Shown here: positions 19,116-30,200 of the stretch, in pieces | Layout of the letters: every line of letters starts with the position of its first letter | How positions within the stretch are numbered: position 1 is the stretch's first letter | Assembly (NCBI GenBank): GCA_016867375.1 | Contig: VGJQ01000001.1 | Location: forward strand, 21,394 to 85,393 | Length of the DNA: 64,000 nt | Source of the DNA: Candidatus Kaiserbacteria bacterium | Lineage (GTDB): Bacteria; Patescibacteriota; Minisyncoccia; Phycocordibacterales; UBA2100 | Direction: 5' to 3' | Position numbers and translations under genes: made by a program | Notes under the pieces: generated by a model | What the model was told of the DNA's origin: nothing | Database searches by the model: none | The model's input: only the letters and a program-made list of their open reading frames with translations

Positions 19116-20030
19116 ATGAAGTATCCGTACTTTTTGGGTGTCGTCGGCATTATCGCATTACTCGCCATAGGGGGAGCAATCGTTGACACGCGCGTGCCCA
19201 TCGGCGCTGGCGAGAGTACGTATAGCGGGGGTACACCCATTTATTTTGACACTTCCTCCTATGCACCCTATCAGCCGTCGACGCAGAATCAGACCCCTGA
19301 TGACAGCACTCCGGCAATCCCCACCATGCGTACGTATGACTCGTTTTCATATACACCAGACCCAAGCAAGGGCTCTGCGACAAACATCCCGAGCACGATC
19401 ATCCATTCTGATTCAAGCTTTGATTTCAATGCATTCATGCAGAAGCTGTCTTCATCGGGTACATCGGCTTCACAGATCCCTGTAGGCACATCGATTAATA
19501 CTCCTATTATCCAAGAAGAATCGTATCCGTTCGTCCCCCCCGAGCTTTTTTCATCGCCTGACGCACCACCTGCGCGCTCCGCACTCCAACAAGAGCTCTA
19601 TACGTATGGCAACACAGCAGGCTCTTTCCTAAAGACATACGAACAGATGCATGCCAACGACGTCGCGGTGATGCAGCGCTTTTTTGACACCCGGACAAGC
19701 GCACCAAATACGACCGCGCTGCGCCAAGTCGCCAACGACTTTAAGGCGGTGGGCCTCAATATGAAGACCGTGCAGCAGGTCCCCGCACCAGCCGCGTCGA
19801 TCCATAAAAATCTCGCTGAGTCGTACATCGTCGTCGCAGATAAGATGATCGCCATGCTCTCTACCGCAAACGACGAAGACTTCATCCAGGCAGTCCTCAC
19901 ATACAATGCGGCCGTTGAAGAAAACCTCAAACACCTCGTCGCGCTCATCGACACTTTTGCCAACAACGGCGTGAAATTTGGACCGAGTGAATCCGGGAGT
20001 GTCTTTATGTTTTCAAGCGTCGGCTTGTAA
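19116..20030 (+). CDS. Hypothetical membrane-anchored protein (T4SS-like cluster)
   Basis: N-terminal TM, S/T/P linker, helical C-domain resembling that of the next gene. Confidence 0.7.
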   Translation: MKYPYFLGVVGIIALLAIGGAIVDTRVPIGAGESTYSGGTPIYFDTSSYAPYQPSTQNQTPDDSTPAIPTMRTYDSFSYTPDPSKGSATNIPSTIIHSDSSFDFNAFMQKLSSSGTSASQIPVGTSINTPIIQEESYPFVPPELFSSPDAPPARSALQQELYTYGNTAGSFLKTYEQMHANDVAVMQRFFDTRTSAPNTTALRQVANDFKAVGLNMKTVQQVPAPAASIHKNLAESYIVVADKMIAMLSTANDEDFIQAVLTYNAAVEENLKHLVALIDTFANNGVKFGPSESGSVFMFSSVGL

Positions 20031-20113
20031 GGGCTCGTCCACACATAACGTACCCGTTATGTGTGGACTACACTTATGGCCCCGTTCATTTCGAGTTGTT
20101 AATGAACGGGATC
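20031..20113 (+). repeat. Composite MITE-like double hairpin
   Basis: TAA|GGGCTCGTCCACACATAACG..CGTTATGTGTGGAC..TTA..CCCGTTCATT..AATGAACGGG..|TAA; same architecture as 36772-36859. Confidence 0.8.
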
Positions 20114-20170
20114 TAAACACACGCACATTCGGCATCACAACAACGCGCAGACGGATGATATACTTAATGA

Positions 20171-20986
20171 GTGGAAAACGAACGCTTTGACACCGGCGGG
20201 TCTTGGCGCATTATCGCGAGCGCAGCGCTTTCGATAGCGGTCGTCATCGGGATTCTTGCGTGGCAGTTCCACACACGGGTCATACAAGCACGACGAGTAG
20301 GGGATGCTTCTGCGACGAGCACCTCTCTGGAAACCCCGCGCAACAGTGCACGAGAGCTCGCCGAAAAACTCGGGCTACCAGACCCGACCGCGACATCGTC
20401 CACACCGGAAGAAATCGCACAGATCGGATCCAATGCATTCGGACAGATAGCGACGTACTATGCGATCTTGGAACAGAACAACGCCTACACACCGGAGATC
20501 GGCGCACAGATCGCGGCGAGCATTGCACCGAGCATCCATGCACGCGTCCCGTACTCGATGTACGACGAAAAGTCGCTTTCGACACATGGCGACACGTCAT
20601 ACGCGGGCATGCGCGCCTATCGCACCGCCCTGCAGACGTCACTTGCCCCGCTCAAACTCAACAAGGAGTACGAGCTGCACCTGTACGGTGCATACATGGA
20701 GACGCGTGATGTGACATACCTGACCAAACTCACTGCTGCCGCGCAGCATTATCGTGAAGCAGCAGGCCTCACGGCGCGCATCACGGTACCCAAAGATGCA
20801 ACATCTATCCATATCGCGGTTTTAAACGCAATGCAAAAATTTGCATCCACACTCGACCTCATGGTCGCCAATATTTCCGACCCGATCACATCGCTCGCAC
20901 TCCTGAGCGCATATAGCAAAGCGGAAGACGATATGGTCAACGCATTCACCACGCTCGACGACTACTATGCCAGCAAACAACCATGA
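20171..20986 (+). CDS. Hypothetical membrane-anchored protein
   Basis: N-terminal TM; VPKDATSIH resembles VPAPAASIH of the upstream gene. Confidence 0.7.
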   Translation: MENERFDTGGSWRIIASAALSIAVVIGILAWQFHTRVIQARRVGDASATSTSLETPRNSARELAEKLGLPDPTATSSTPEEIAQIGSNAFGQIATYYAILEQNNAYTPEIGAQIAASIAPSIHARVPYSMYDEKSLSTHGDTSYAGMRAYRTALQTSLAPLKLNKEYELHLYGAYMETRDVTYLTKLTAAAQHYREAAGLTARITVPKDATSIHIAVLNAMQKFASTLDLMVANISDPITSLALLSAYSKAEDDMVNAFTTLDDYYASKQP

Positions 20987-22719
20987 AAACTAGCACACGC
21001 ATATATACTCAACAAAAAAAGGGAGTGATCATCGCATTCGCTTGTTTGACGATTGCATATCTCACACTCCTCCCTGCTATAGGCCTCGCACAGGAACAGC
21101 AATCACTCCCGGCACAAATCACCTCCTGCAGCCAAAACGGCAACGTCCCTGTAGAATCAGGAAATTCCGTGGGTGTCTCGCAGGGAAGCGGCACATTTGT
21201 CCCGGTCGCGGATCAGGCCGTCATCACAAACACAAATCTCATGATTCAAAACACGAGCAGGATCATCAGAAACACCGGCATGCTCGTATACAAAGAATGC
21301 GTCTTGCGCCCGCTCGTCAACGCACAACGAAAAGCGGTCACCTCGATGGTCGTGCGCAACGGTATAAACGCATACAACACGCAGCGCAACGGCGGACCGC
21401 TCTTCGCACAGAATATTATCCAAGAGCGTTTGTACCTCGCGCTGGATCCGCAAATCCTGGTGACCCTTGCCAATGGTACCTTCGACGCACTCAATGACCT
21501 CTTTGAAGGCACTATCAAATCCGCCGTCGGCAACAACTACTACAAGGCGACTCGCGAAAAGGCGAGCAGCACACTCGCGTGTCCGTATCGGGGAAATCTC
21601 AATGCAGCACTCAATGGCAGCCCCCAAGGGTCGACGCGCGATGCTCTTTTGGCATTTAGAAATCCGGCGTGCGTCCCACATATGGCGGCAGAAATGGCAA
21701 ATCAGGTGGCGTTCGACTATATGGGCGCTGCCGAAGAGAGTCTCCTTACCAACGTCAATTGGGGGCAGGGAAACTATCCGCAGGTACAGCTCGACGACAA
21801 CGGCAACTACGTCTTCACGACAGACACGATCGTGACCGCTCCCGCCTCTGCAGTGAAAACGGTCCAAGAACAACTCCTCACGTCGGGCTTCCGCATGCAG
21901 GAAAACGCCAACAACGTCAATGAGATGGTCGATGTACTCTTCTCCGACGTGGGGTCACGGATGATGTCGAGCCCGCAAGGCATGGGTGGTCTCGTTATGC
22001 CCGGCACCGGAGGCAGCAGCGGGGGTTCGTATCTGGATCAGGTCGTATCTCGATCCGGCGGCCAACTCATACAGATCGGAGGCAACGCGGCGCTCCAAAT
22101 CCTCAACGCCGCACTGACAGTCGAGCGCGCATACAATCAGGCGGTGTCTGCTATTGCCGCAAATCTCATCCAGACCATCAACCAGCTGCGCGCCGTCGAA
22201 CGCCAGTGCTTTACATCTCTGACACAAAATGTGTGTGTCGCGGGTACGATCTCCCCAGATGGCACTTCGTGTACGGGGGTTTCCGGCAACAATCTCACCC
22301 GTATTGCCACATCGACCGCCTTTTCTCAAGCGGTCGTCACCAATCAGATCGCACCACTGGCATCGACCACGCAGGCCAACATCACAAAATCAAACAACGC
22401 CATAACCATCCTCAGTCAAATGATTTCGACTGTCACCAACAATCCGAATGCACAAGCGAGCGTGCTTGCACAATACAATCAGCTCGCCGCACAAGGCACC
22501 TTCCATACCCAATCCGATGTCACATCTGCACAAGCGCAGCTGCAGACCGTCGCTGCCGCCACGAGCAATCTCGTACAAAACACCATCAACACCTGGGCAG
22601 GGACCGACAGCCAAGGAGAATCGACTATTCCATGGGATCACAGCATCTCTCCTGGAGTAGGGTGGTGTAATTATCAGAGCCAGGGGACACTCACCTCATG
22701 GGATCAGCGGTGGCGTTAA
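20983..22719 (+). CDS. Hypothetical secreted protein (Gln/Asn/Thr-rich, Cys pairs)
   Basis: Signal peptide; 578-aa ORF overlapping the upstream stop. Confidence 0.75.
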   Translation: MKTSTRIYTQQKKGVIIAFACLTIAYLTLLPAIGLAQEQQSLPAQITSCSQNGNVPVESGNSVGVSQGSGTFVPVADQAVITNTNLMIQNTSRIIRNTGMLVYKECVLRPLVNAQRKAVTSMVVRNGINAYNTQRNGGPLFAQNIIQERLYLALDPQILVTLANGTFDALNDLFEGTIKSAVGNNYYKATREKASSTLACPYRGNLNAALNGSPQGSTRDALLAFRNPACVPHMAAEMANQVAFDYMGAAEESLLTNVNWGQGNYPQVQLDDNGNYVFTTDTIVTAPASAVKTVQEQLLTSGFRMQENANNVNEMVDVLFSDVGSRMMSSPQGMGGLVMPGTGGSSGGSYLDQVVSRSGGQLIQIGGNAALQILNAALTVERAYNQAVSAIAANLIQTINQLRAVERQCFTSLTQNVCVAGTISPDGTSCTGVSGNNLTRIATSTAFSQAVVTNQIAPLASTTQANITKSNNAITILSQMISTVTNNPNAQASVLAQYNQLAAQGTFHTQSDVTSAQAQLQTVAAATSNLVQNTINTWAGTDSQGESTIPWDHSISPGVGWCNYQSQGTLTSWDQRWR

Positions 22720-22728
22720 AATAGTGCT

Positions 22729-25362
22729 ATGAGTCGCTTTCACATACCACAGGTTCTCACACACAGCGTCTTGTATGTATTTTTTGCCTGCGCGATACTC
22801 TTCCTTCCCCTCCAGGTGTCATTACCCGCGCCAACCACACAAACCACTTCAATCGGTTACTCCGTGACGCTGAGTGCCGCACACGCCCAGACAGGCCCGT
22901 CCGCATCGACCAAAACGAAAGATCTCCCCACCTCATGCGGCGGCTGGGGATGGCTCCAAGTAGGAGTGGTCACCTGCGCCACACGATGGACCATATCCGT
23001 CCTCGCCACGCTCGTGATCCAGGCCGGTGTCCTTATCCTCGGCCTCGCAAGCGGACTATTTGGCCTCTTGATTGATCGCACTATCATCGGCTTTGGCGCC
23101 GCTGATGGTATTCTCACCAAAGGGGTGCAGGATGGCATCACTATCGCGTGGACCGCTTTGCGCAATATCTCCAACATCCTCATCATCGGCTTTTTCACCT
23201 TTATCGCCATCAACATCATTCTCGGCAGCGCCGAATTCGGTCAAAAGAAGCTCGTCGCCCGCGTCCTCATCGTCGCGATCCTCATCAATTTCAGCCTCTT
23301 CTTTACGAAAGTCATTATTGATTTTTCCAACTACACTGCCACACAGTTCTATCGCCAGGCGACCATACTGCAGACGAGACCAAACACCGGCGGCACCCCT
23401 GAAGGTATCGGCGACCAGTTTATGAATGCCCTCGGCGTGACCTCGTTTGCCCAGACCCAAGGGGAGATCTCCAAGCTCGGGGAGACACAAAATGGCATCG
23501 CATCCATGCTACTCATCTCGATCATGTCGTTTGTCATTCTGCTTGCCACAGCTATGGTGCTTTTCTACGGGTCATTCATCCTCGCTTCTCGCGCGATCCT
23601 CCTCGTCTTTCTCATGATTACCGCTGCTCTTGCGTTTACCACCTGGCTCATCCCGACATTTGCAAGTAAAGGATGGGACACGTGGAGAAAGGCGCTTATC
23701 GAAAGTGCGGTGCTCGCACCCATGCTCATGCTCTTCCTGTGGGCGACGCTCGCAATCGCACGCGCCCTCAAAGCGGCCAACAACGGCGGCACACTCGGCG
23801 GGGTGCTGGTAAATCCTGCCAACGCAGGTGATCTTGGTGCCTTGTTCTCATATCTCGTCATTCTCGGGTTGTTGTTTGCGACCTTTAAGGTGACGTATAG
23901 CTTCTCGCGAGACATCAGCGGATTCAATTGGGCCTCCGTCGCACCCGCAATCGGCGTCGCCGGCTTCGCGCGCGCTGGGGCATTTGCCGGTAAAAATATG
24001 AGTGCAATCGCCAGCCGCGGACTCAACGCCGCCGCGAATCGCATCACCTCGAACTCAAAAATGGCGACCCTCGGCAAGGGCGCCTTGTATGGCGCATCGG
24101 CACGTGCCGCTACCCTCAGTCTGCGCAGCCAAAACCTCATGAATACGGGTGTCGGTGCGCTCGTCGCGAGCCAAGTAAAGAAAACCGGCCTGACACAGCC
24201 AGTCTTGGCCGGAGCAAATCGCCCGCCCATCTTCAATGCAGCCCAACAAAGCGCCACAAATTCAATCCTGCAGGCTATTGCCGCAAAGAAGCCTCCCGCA
24301 CCACCAAGCATCACCCCGCCGCCAGTACAGAAGGCGCTGCCAAAGCCGCCGACTACTCCTCCCACACCCACAAAACCTCCGACAGCACCGGTTGGCGCCG
24401 CCTTACCAAAACCTCCTACAGCTCCGTCTACTGGAGCAGTGCAGCCTACCCAAGCTAAACCCGCAGCAGCTGGCCCGCAAGCGCTACCAAAACCGGCGGC
24501 GGCGAGTGCTCCCGGCACCACTCCACCTACGGGCGTACAGCGCGGCGGTGCCACTGATGCAGTGGGCAGCCAGATCGCAGAGGCACTGAAGGAAGGGGAG
24601 AAGAATAAGGCCGAGAGTAATAAGGCGGCAGCGGCAGCGAGTGACCAGAAGCAAAAACAGCTCACCGAAGAAATCGGCAGGGCGGTTGCGGGCGCTACAG
24701 CCGAAAGTGCACGAGAAACAGCGGAGGCAGTGAGAGCGGCAGGTACGGAGACACAAGCGGCTGTTGGAAAAATCGCAGAACAAGCAAGTACATCCCAAAA
24801 GGAAGTCGGGCAGAAACTAGCAGAAGAATTCAAAGGTGCTGCTGCTGACGTGAAAGGTGCCGCAGCCTCCGACGCCGCGACATTTACCAAGGGCCTGGAG
24901 ACCTTCCAAAAGACACGAAAAGAGGAGCTCGACCAAGCAACGGCTTCGGGAGCATGGGAGCGCGCCGCTTCTTCCCGCAAAGCGGAGGCGCGCGCTGTAG
25001 CTGAAAATATCCGTTCGGCCGCCCAACAAACGACGATACAAGCCTCGGCACGTTTTGCCCCCACACCCTCACATCCGCTCACTATTCCATCGGGGGGTAC
25101 TGCTGACACACAAGCGGCACAATCCCTATCCATGCGGCCCCAAAATATGCCCGGGAGTGCAACCGCGCATGTCGGCCAACCATCCATGAATATAAACAAT
25201 CTCTCATACGCGGACATCATCCGCGCGGGTACGCGCAGGGGCGGCGACAAACCCGGCACCGTCCCCGTCATTCGTCTGAGCGAACAACTCAAAGCCAAAC
25301 ACATGCCGCAGCCGTCCAATCCTGCCAATGACAACAGGCCGCCACATTCTCTCACCGCATAA
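22729..25362 (+). CDS. VirB6/TrbL-like polytopic membrane protein with long Pro/Ala-rich tail
   Basis: WTALRNISN...LINFSLFFTKVIIDFSN and about 7 TMs, then low-complexity tail; upstream of prgI/virB4-like genes. Confidence 0.75.
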   Translation: MSRFHIPQVLTHSVLYVFFACAILFLPLQVSLPAPTTQTTSIGYSVTLSAAHAQTGPSASTKTKDLPTSCGGWGWLQVGVVTCATRWTISVLATLVIQAGVLILGLASGLFGLLIDRTIIGFGAADGILTKGVQDGITIAWTALRNISNILIIGFFTFIAINIILGSAEFGQKKLVARVLIVAILINFSLFFTKVIIDFSNYTATQFYRQATILQTRPNTGGTPEGIGDQFMNALGVTSFAQTQGEISKLGETQNGIASMLLISIMSFVILLATAMVLFYGSFILASRAILLVFLMITAALAFTTWLIPTFASKGWDTWRKALIESAVLAPMLMLFLWATLAIARALKAANNGGTLGGVLVNPANAGDLGALFSYLVILGLLFATFKVTYSFSRDISGFNWASVAPAIGVAGFARAGAFAGKNMSAIASRGLNAAANRITSNSKMATLGKGALYGASARAATLSLRSQNLMNTGVGALVASQVKKTGLTQPVLAGANRPPIFNAAQQSATNSILQAIAAKKPPAPPSITPPPVQKALPKPPTTPPTPTKPPTAPVGAALPKPPTAPSTGAVQPTQAKPAAAGPQALPKPAAASAPGTTPPTGVQRGGATDAVGSQIAEALKEGEKNKAESNKAAAAASDQKQKQLTEEIGRAVAGATAESARETAEAVRAAGTETQAAVGKIAEQASTSQKEVGQKLAEEFKGAAADVKGAAASDAATFTKGLETFQKTRKEELDQATASGAWERAASSRKAEARAVAENIRSAAQQTTIQASARFAPTPSHPLTIPSGGTADTQAAQSLSMRPQNMPGSATAHVGQPSMNINNLSYADIIRAGTRRGGDKPGTVPVIRLSEQLKAKHMPQPSNPANDNRPPHSLTA

Positions 25363-25371
25363 CCACATCAT

Positions 25372-25908
25372 ATGGACACATCACACACTATAGACTTCGA
25401 AAAGGTAATGCATGAGCGGTTTGCACAGCTCCCTCCATCTATACAGGCCGCCATCACATCGGCCGATGTCGAGACGCACCTACGTGAGCTCGCCAAGACC
25501 CACCAACTTCATCTCGACCAGTGGAATCTGCTCGAAAACGAGGTCATGCTCACACTCTTGGGCCTCCAACAAATGTCCCAACTCAAGGATAATATTATGA
25601 AAGAGGTTGGTGTCTCCGATCAGGTGGCAACAGAGCTCGCCAACGACATCACACAAAATGTCTTCCAGCCGATCCGTGACGAGCTCGAACAACTACTCGA
25701 ACACCCCGCATCACAACCGGACACACCACCATCAGCCTCTGGCGCGGCCCAAGCATCAACACCAGCTTCCACTACACCCACGCCGACCCCTCCCACGCCA
25801 GACATAAAGGTGGCACGTGCCGCCACACCATCTACCTATCTGTCGCAGACTCCGAGTCATGAACGTAAAACCATAGACGGTGACCCTTATCGCGAACAAA
25901 TTAATTAA
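25372..25908 (+). CDS. Conserved-looking hypothetical protein
   Basis: Helical N-domain, Pro-rich linker, C-terminal DPYRE. Confidence 0.75.
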   Translation: MDTSHTIDFEKVMHERFAQLPPSIQAAITSADVETHLRELAKTHQLHLDQWNLLENEVMLTLLGLQQMSQLKDNIMKEVGVSDQVATELANDITQNVFQPIRDELEQLLEHPASQPDTPPSASGAAQASTPASTTPTPTPPTPDIKVARAATPSTYLSQTPSHERKTIDGDPYREQIN

Positions 25909-26026
25909 ATCCTCTACGTATGTAGATTTGTGTGGGGGGATAGGGCACAAGCACAGTACCTGGACTGTAGTAGAATATAGATATGGTTGAAAGGAAGAGG
26001 GGTCATTCCACCAGCCTCATTTATCT

Positions 26027-26530
26027 ATGCAATTCCAGGTTCCCCAATTCATCGAGGTCGAGGACAAGATCTTTGGTCCGTTCACGTTCAGACAGTTCAT
26101 CTATCTCGTGGGTGGTGCTGGTGCGTGCTACCTTGTATGGCGCGTCCTGCCGGTATTTGTATCGTTGCCACTGATCATCTTTATCGCGCCGTTTTCCGTG
26201 GCGCTTGCCTTCTTTCAAATGAACGGCCGTCCGTTTATTCTCGCGCTCGAAAGCGGCTTCTTTTATCTCATACACTCAAAGTTGTACCTATGGAACAACA
26301 CGAAAAAACCGCTTGTCGCACGCGAAAAGACAAAAACAGCCGCAGCGACCAAGAACGGTCTCTACATACCTCGGCTTTCCGACAGCAAACTTCACGAGCT
26401 CGCCTGGAGCCTTGATATTAGAGAGCGCATCGCGAGCGGCACGACAGTGGAGGCCGAGCGGCAGCCAGCTCCCGTCGACGTACTCGCCCCCGTCCGCACT
26501 GCCCGCGACGCCATGACTAAAGCATCATAA
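26027..26530 (+). CDS. PrgI-family (VirB3-like) protein
   Basis: MQFQVPQFIEVEDKIFGPFTFRQFIY, two TMs. Confidence 0.85.
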   Translation: MQFQVPQFIEVEDKIFGPFTFRQFIYLVGGAGACYLVWRVLPVFVSLPLIIFIAPFSVALAFFQMNGRPFILALESGFFYLIHSKLYLWNNTKKPLVAREKTKTAAATKNGLYIPRLSDSKLHELAWSLDIRERIASGTTVEAERQPAPVDVLAPVRTARDAMTKAS

Positions 26531-26534
26531 ATCT

Positions 26535-27191
26535 ATGGAAGAAACCAACGCGCGCACATCCACCCGTTCGACACAAGACTTCGTCCCTATTTCGGAAGTC
26601 CGCGACGGCATTGTCGTTTTGAAAAACGGGGAATTGCGCGCAATACTCCTTGCATCATCCATCAACTTTGCCCTGAAATCCGAAGACGAGCAGACGGCAT
26701 TCATTATCCAATTCCAAAACTTCCTCAACTCACTCGATTTTTCCTGCCAGATCTTCGTACAATCGCGTATGCTCGACATCCGCCCCTACATCACCACCCT
26801 CGAAGCGCAGTACAAACAACAGCTCGACGACCTCATGCGCATACAAATCCGCGAATACATCGAATTCATCAAGAGCTTCACCGAAGCCGCCAACATTATG
26901 ACCAAAAATTTCTTCGTCGTCGTGCCGTACACACCGACAATCATCAAGAAAGCTACCGGCCCTACCTCGTACCTCCCCTCATTCGGCGGCAAAAAAGACA
27001 GCGGCACAGTCGAGACGTCGTTTGAAGAGCACGTCTCCCAGCTCGAGCAGCGCATCTCGATCGTCCAACAGGGCCTGGTACGCACCGGAGTACGCACCGT
27101 CCAGCTCGGCACCGAGGAAGCTATCGAACTTCTCTACAAGATGTTCAATCCCGGCGAAGAAGGAAAACCTATGCCCGTACCTACCGACTGA
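26535..27191 (+). CDS. VirB4-associated protein (TraC/VirB4 N-domain-like)
   Basis: STQDFVPISEVRDG, SSINFALKSEDEQ, FFVVVPY; directly before VirB4. Confidence 0.75.
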   Translation: MEETNARTSTRSTQDFVPISEVRDGIVVLKNGELRAILLASSINFALKSEDEQTAFIIQFQNFLNSLDFSCQIFVQSRMLDIRPYITTLEAQYKQQLDDLMRIQIREYIEFIKSFTEAANIMTKNFFVVVPYTPTIIKKATGPTSYLPSFGGKKDSGTVETSFEEHVSQLEQRISIVQQGLVRTGVRTVQLGTEEAIELLYKMFNPGEEGKPMPVPTD

Positions 27192-27258
27192 TGCCAGGGT
27201 ATAATGACACACAAACGCATATGTCCTCACCACAGCACGACTACCTCATACACACACT

Positions 27259-30200
27259 ATGGCACTCCTAGACCTCCTACACCTCGGCGACAAGAACAAG
27301 AAAGATACGGAGGGCCCGGGGATAATCCCGGTATTGCCCGCGGAGATCTACCAGACGGGCGTGCTCGACCTGCAAGACGTCATCGCACCGCATGCACTGC
27401 AGATCAATTCGCGCGAGCTCGATCTCGGCGAGAAGATCGCGCGTACCTTTTTTGTGATCTCATATCCGCGCTTCCTTACGACAGGGTGGTTTGCGCCGAT
27501 CATCAACATGGACAAGGTGATCGACATTTCCATCTTCGTCCACCCGATGGATACCAATGAGATGCTACGCAAATTCCAAAAAAAGGTCGCCGAGGTGCAG
27601 AGCCAGATATCCACACGCGAAGAGAAGGGAATGGTGCGCGATCCGATGCTCGACACCGCTTACCAAGACCTCGAACAGCTGCGCGACAGCCTCCAGCAAG
27701 CGCAGGAGCGCATTTTCGATGTCGGCCTGTACCTGACGATCTACGGCAACACACGCGAGGAGATCGACAAGGCCGAGGCAGCGGTACGCTCGATCCTCGA
27801 AAGCCGCCTCGTCTACATCCGCCCCGCACTCTTCCAACAAGAACAGGGGTTCCGATCTGTCTTGCCCTTATGCACTGATTTACTTGATGTACACACCAAG
27901 CTCAATTCGGCCCCGCTCTCGTCGATCTTTCCCTTCATCTCGTTTGACCTCACGTCAGACCGCGGCATCCTCTATGGCATCAACCGCCACAATTCATCAC
28001 TGATCCTCTTCGACCGCTTTAGTTTGGAGAACTATAACTCGGTCACTTTTGCAAAGTCGGGCGCAGGCAAAAGTCTTCGCGGCAACGAGTCGGTACTCAT
28101 ACGCCGCAATGGTGTAATACATAGAGAAAGAATCGGTTCGGTCGTTGAGCGACTTATCAAAAAGCATGGCGCCACAAAAATCGATGAAGAGCTCGAGGGT
28201 GTCATTGACCCTGGTTTTGAAGTATTCAGTTTCGACAAGAATATGCGGGCAGGGTGGAGTATGGTTTCTGTCGCCGCACGCAAAGAGGCCCCGGATATCT
28301 ACTATACATTCAAAACAAAAAGTGGCCGGGAAGTAACCACAACCGCCGATCATAATATGCTCGTGTTGCGCGACTGCAAGGTGATCGCCGCAAAAAGTGA
28401 AGATGTACGCGAAGGGGAGTATATCCCTTTACCGCGACAGGTGCATGCGACAAGCGGCGGCTCACATCACGAGCTAACGAAAGATTTTGCTTCACTATTA
28501 GGTTGGATATCGGCCGAGGGAGCATTCACTGATCGCTCAATCGTCATCAGCAATACAGAACAAGAAGCCTTGGATCAGATTGCGACACTCTGTGCCAATC
28601 TACACTTGAATCATACGCGAAACGCGCGATGGATTGCCGTGTATGGTAAAGCATTGCGCGTATACTTGCACTCGATCGAGGCGGATGGTTTGTCGGGAAG
28701 AAAACGCGTTCCTGCGCCCGTCTTTGGCGCGTCGCGCGAAATAGTTGCCGCGTATTTGCGTGCGTATTTCGAAGGCGATGGAGGGGTCGAAGATCACGAA
28801 GTAACCGTTCTTTCAAAATCAAAAGAGCTCATTTCCGGCATATCATATCTTTTGTATTACTTTGGTATCATCTCACGCATCCAAAAACGACACAAACGAT
28901 ACGCGGCGACAGGCGGTTACCGCACGTTCTGGCAATTACAGATTTCAGGTCAGGATAATATCAGAAAATTCCAGGAGTATGTCGGTTTTGTTTCGACGCG
29001 CAAACAGTCGGCGCTCGCCCCTATTGCCGCGAAAGCGGGTAATACCAACGTTGACATTGTTCCTGGGTTGCAACCGCTCGCGCAAGAACTCGCGTCGCTT
29101 TTCGACTCGCAGCTCTCCGACATCGCCGACTTTTCCGCGCTCAAACAGGGGCGCAACCTCTCTCCACAACACCTTGGAAGGTTCGTATCGACGATGGAGG
29201 AACGTGTCCAACGCTTCAAAGACCTCTATCCATTTATGCAAAAGCTGCAAGACTTGCCTACTGTAGGCGCGATCATCAAAAAAGCCGACGAAGATCGGGA
29301 ACTGAATCGCGGACTTATCGAGGCTATGAGCAGTTCATGGTTCACCATCAAACAAGGAATGGCCCCGCGCGCCAAAAACGCATTAAAAATATTCGAGACG
29401 GCGGGAATGGATGCACCAAAGACAGTGGATGAATTAAAAACGATGCTCAACGAAGGTATCGCGAATCTCCGCGTGCCGGCGAACGGTTTTGACGGCGGTT
29501 ATCTGGCGCGGACATTAGGCGGTATGCGAGACAATGCATCATATGATTTGCTGCACGCCGCCGCCCAATTCATCGCGGGAGAGTACCACCGCATATTGCA
29601 AAACCTGAATCGCGTTGAGGAAATCATCACCACACTCAAAACGCTCGCCGAGGCGGACCTTTTTTGGGATCCGATTGTATCCATCACTAAGAAAGAGAAT
29701 ATAGGAGACAAATACGTGTATGATCTTACTGTTGATGACGAAGTGTTCCTGGCCGGGCACGGCGGCATGTTCGTGCACAATTCGTATACGACCAAACTGG
29801 AGATATTGCGCTCCCTCATGTTCGACACCGAAGTGATCGTGATCGACCCGGAGCGCGAATATGAATACCTCGCAGAGACGGTCGGCGGGCGCTACTTCAA
29901 CATCTCACTCTCCTCCGAACATCACATCAATCCCTTCGACCTGCCGATACCGCGCGAAGATGAAAATCCATCAGACGTGCTGCGCAACAACACCATCGCA
30001 CTCGTCGGACTCTTCCGCATCATGCTCGGCGGACTCACTCCCGAGGAAGATGCAATCATCGATAAAGCCATCACCGAGACATACGCGCTCAAAGACATCA
30101 GCGCTGATGCCAATTTCGCCGCCGTCGAACCGCCGCTTCTCTCAGACTTCGAGCTCGTACTCTCGGGCATGGAAGGATCAGAATCGCTCGTACAGCGACT

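Noticed and set aside
23565-25355. 596-aa antisense ORF
   Set aside because: Shadow of the low-complexity GC-rich VirB6-like tail
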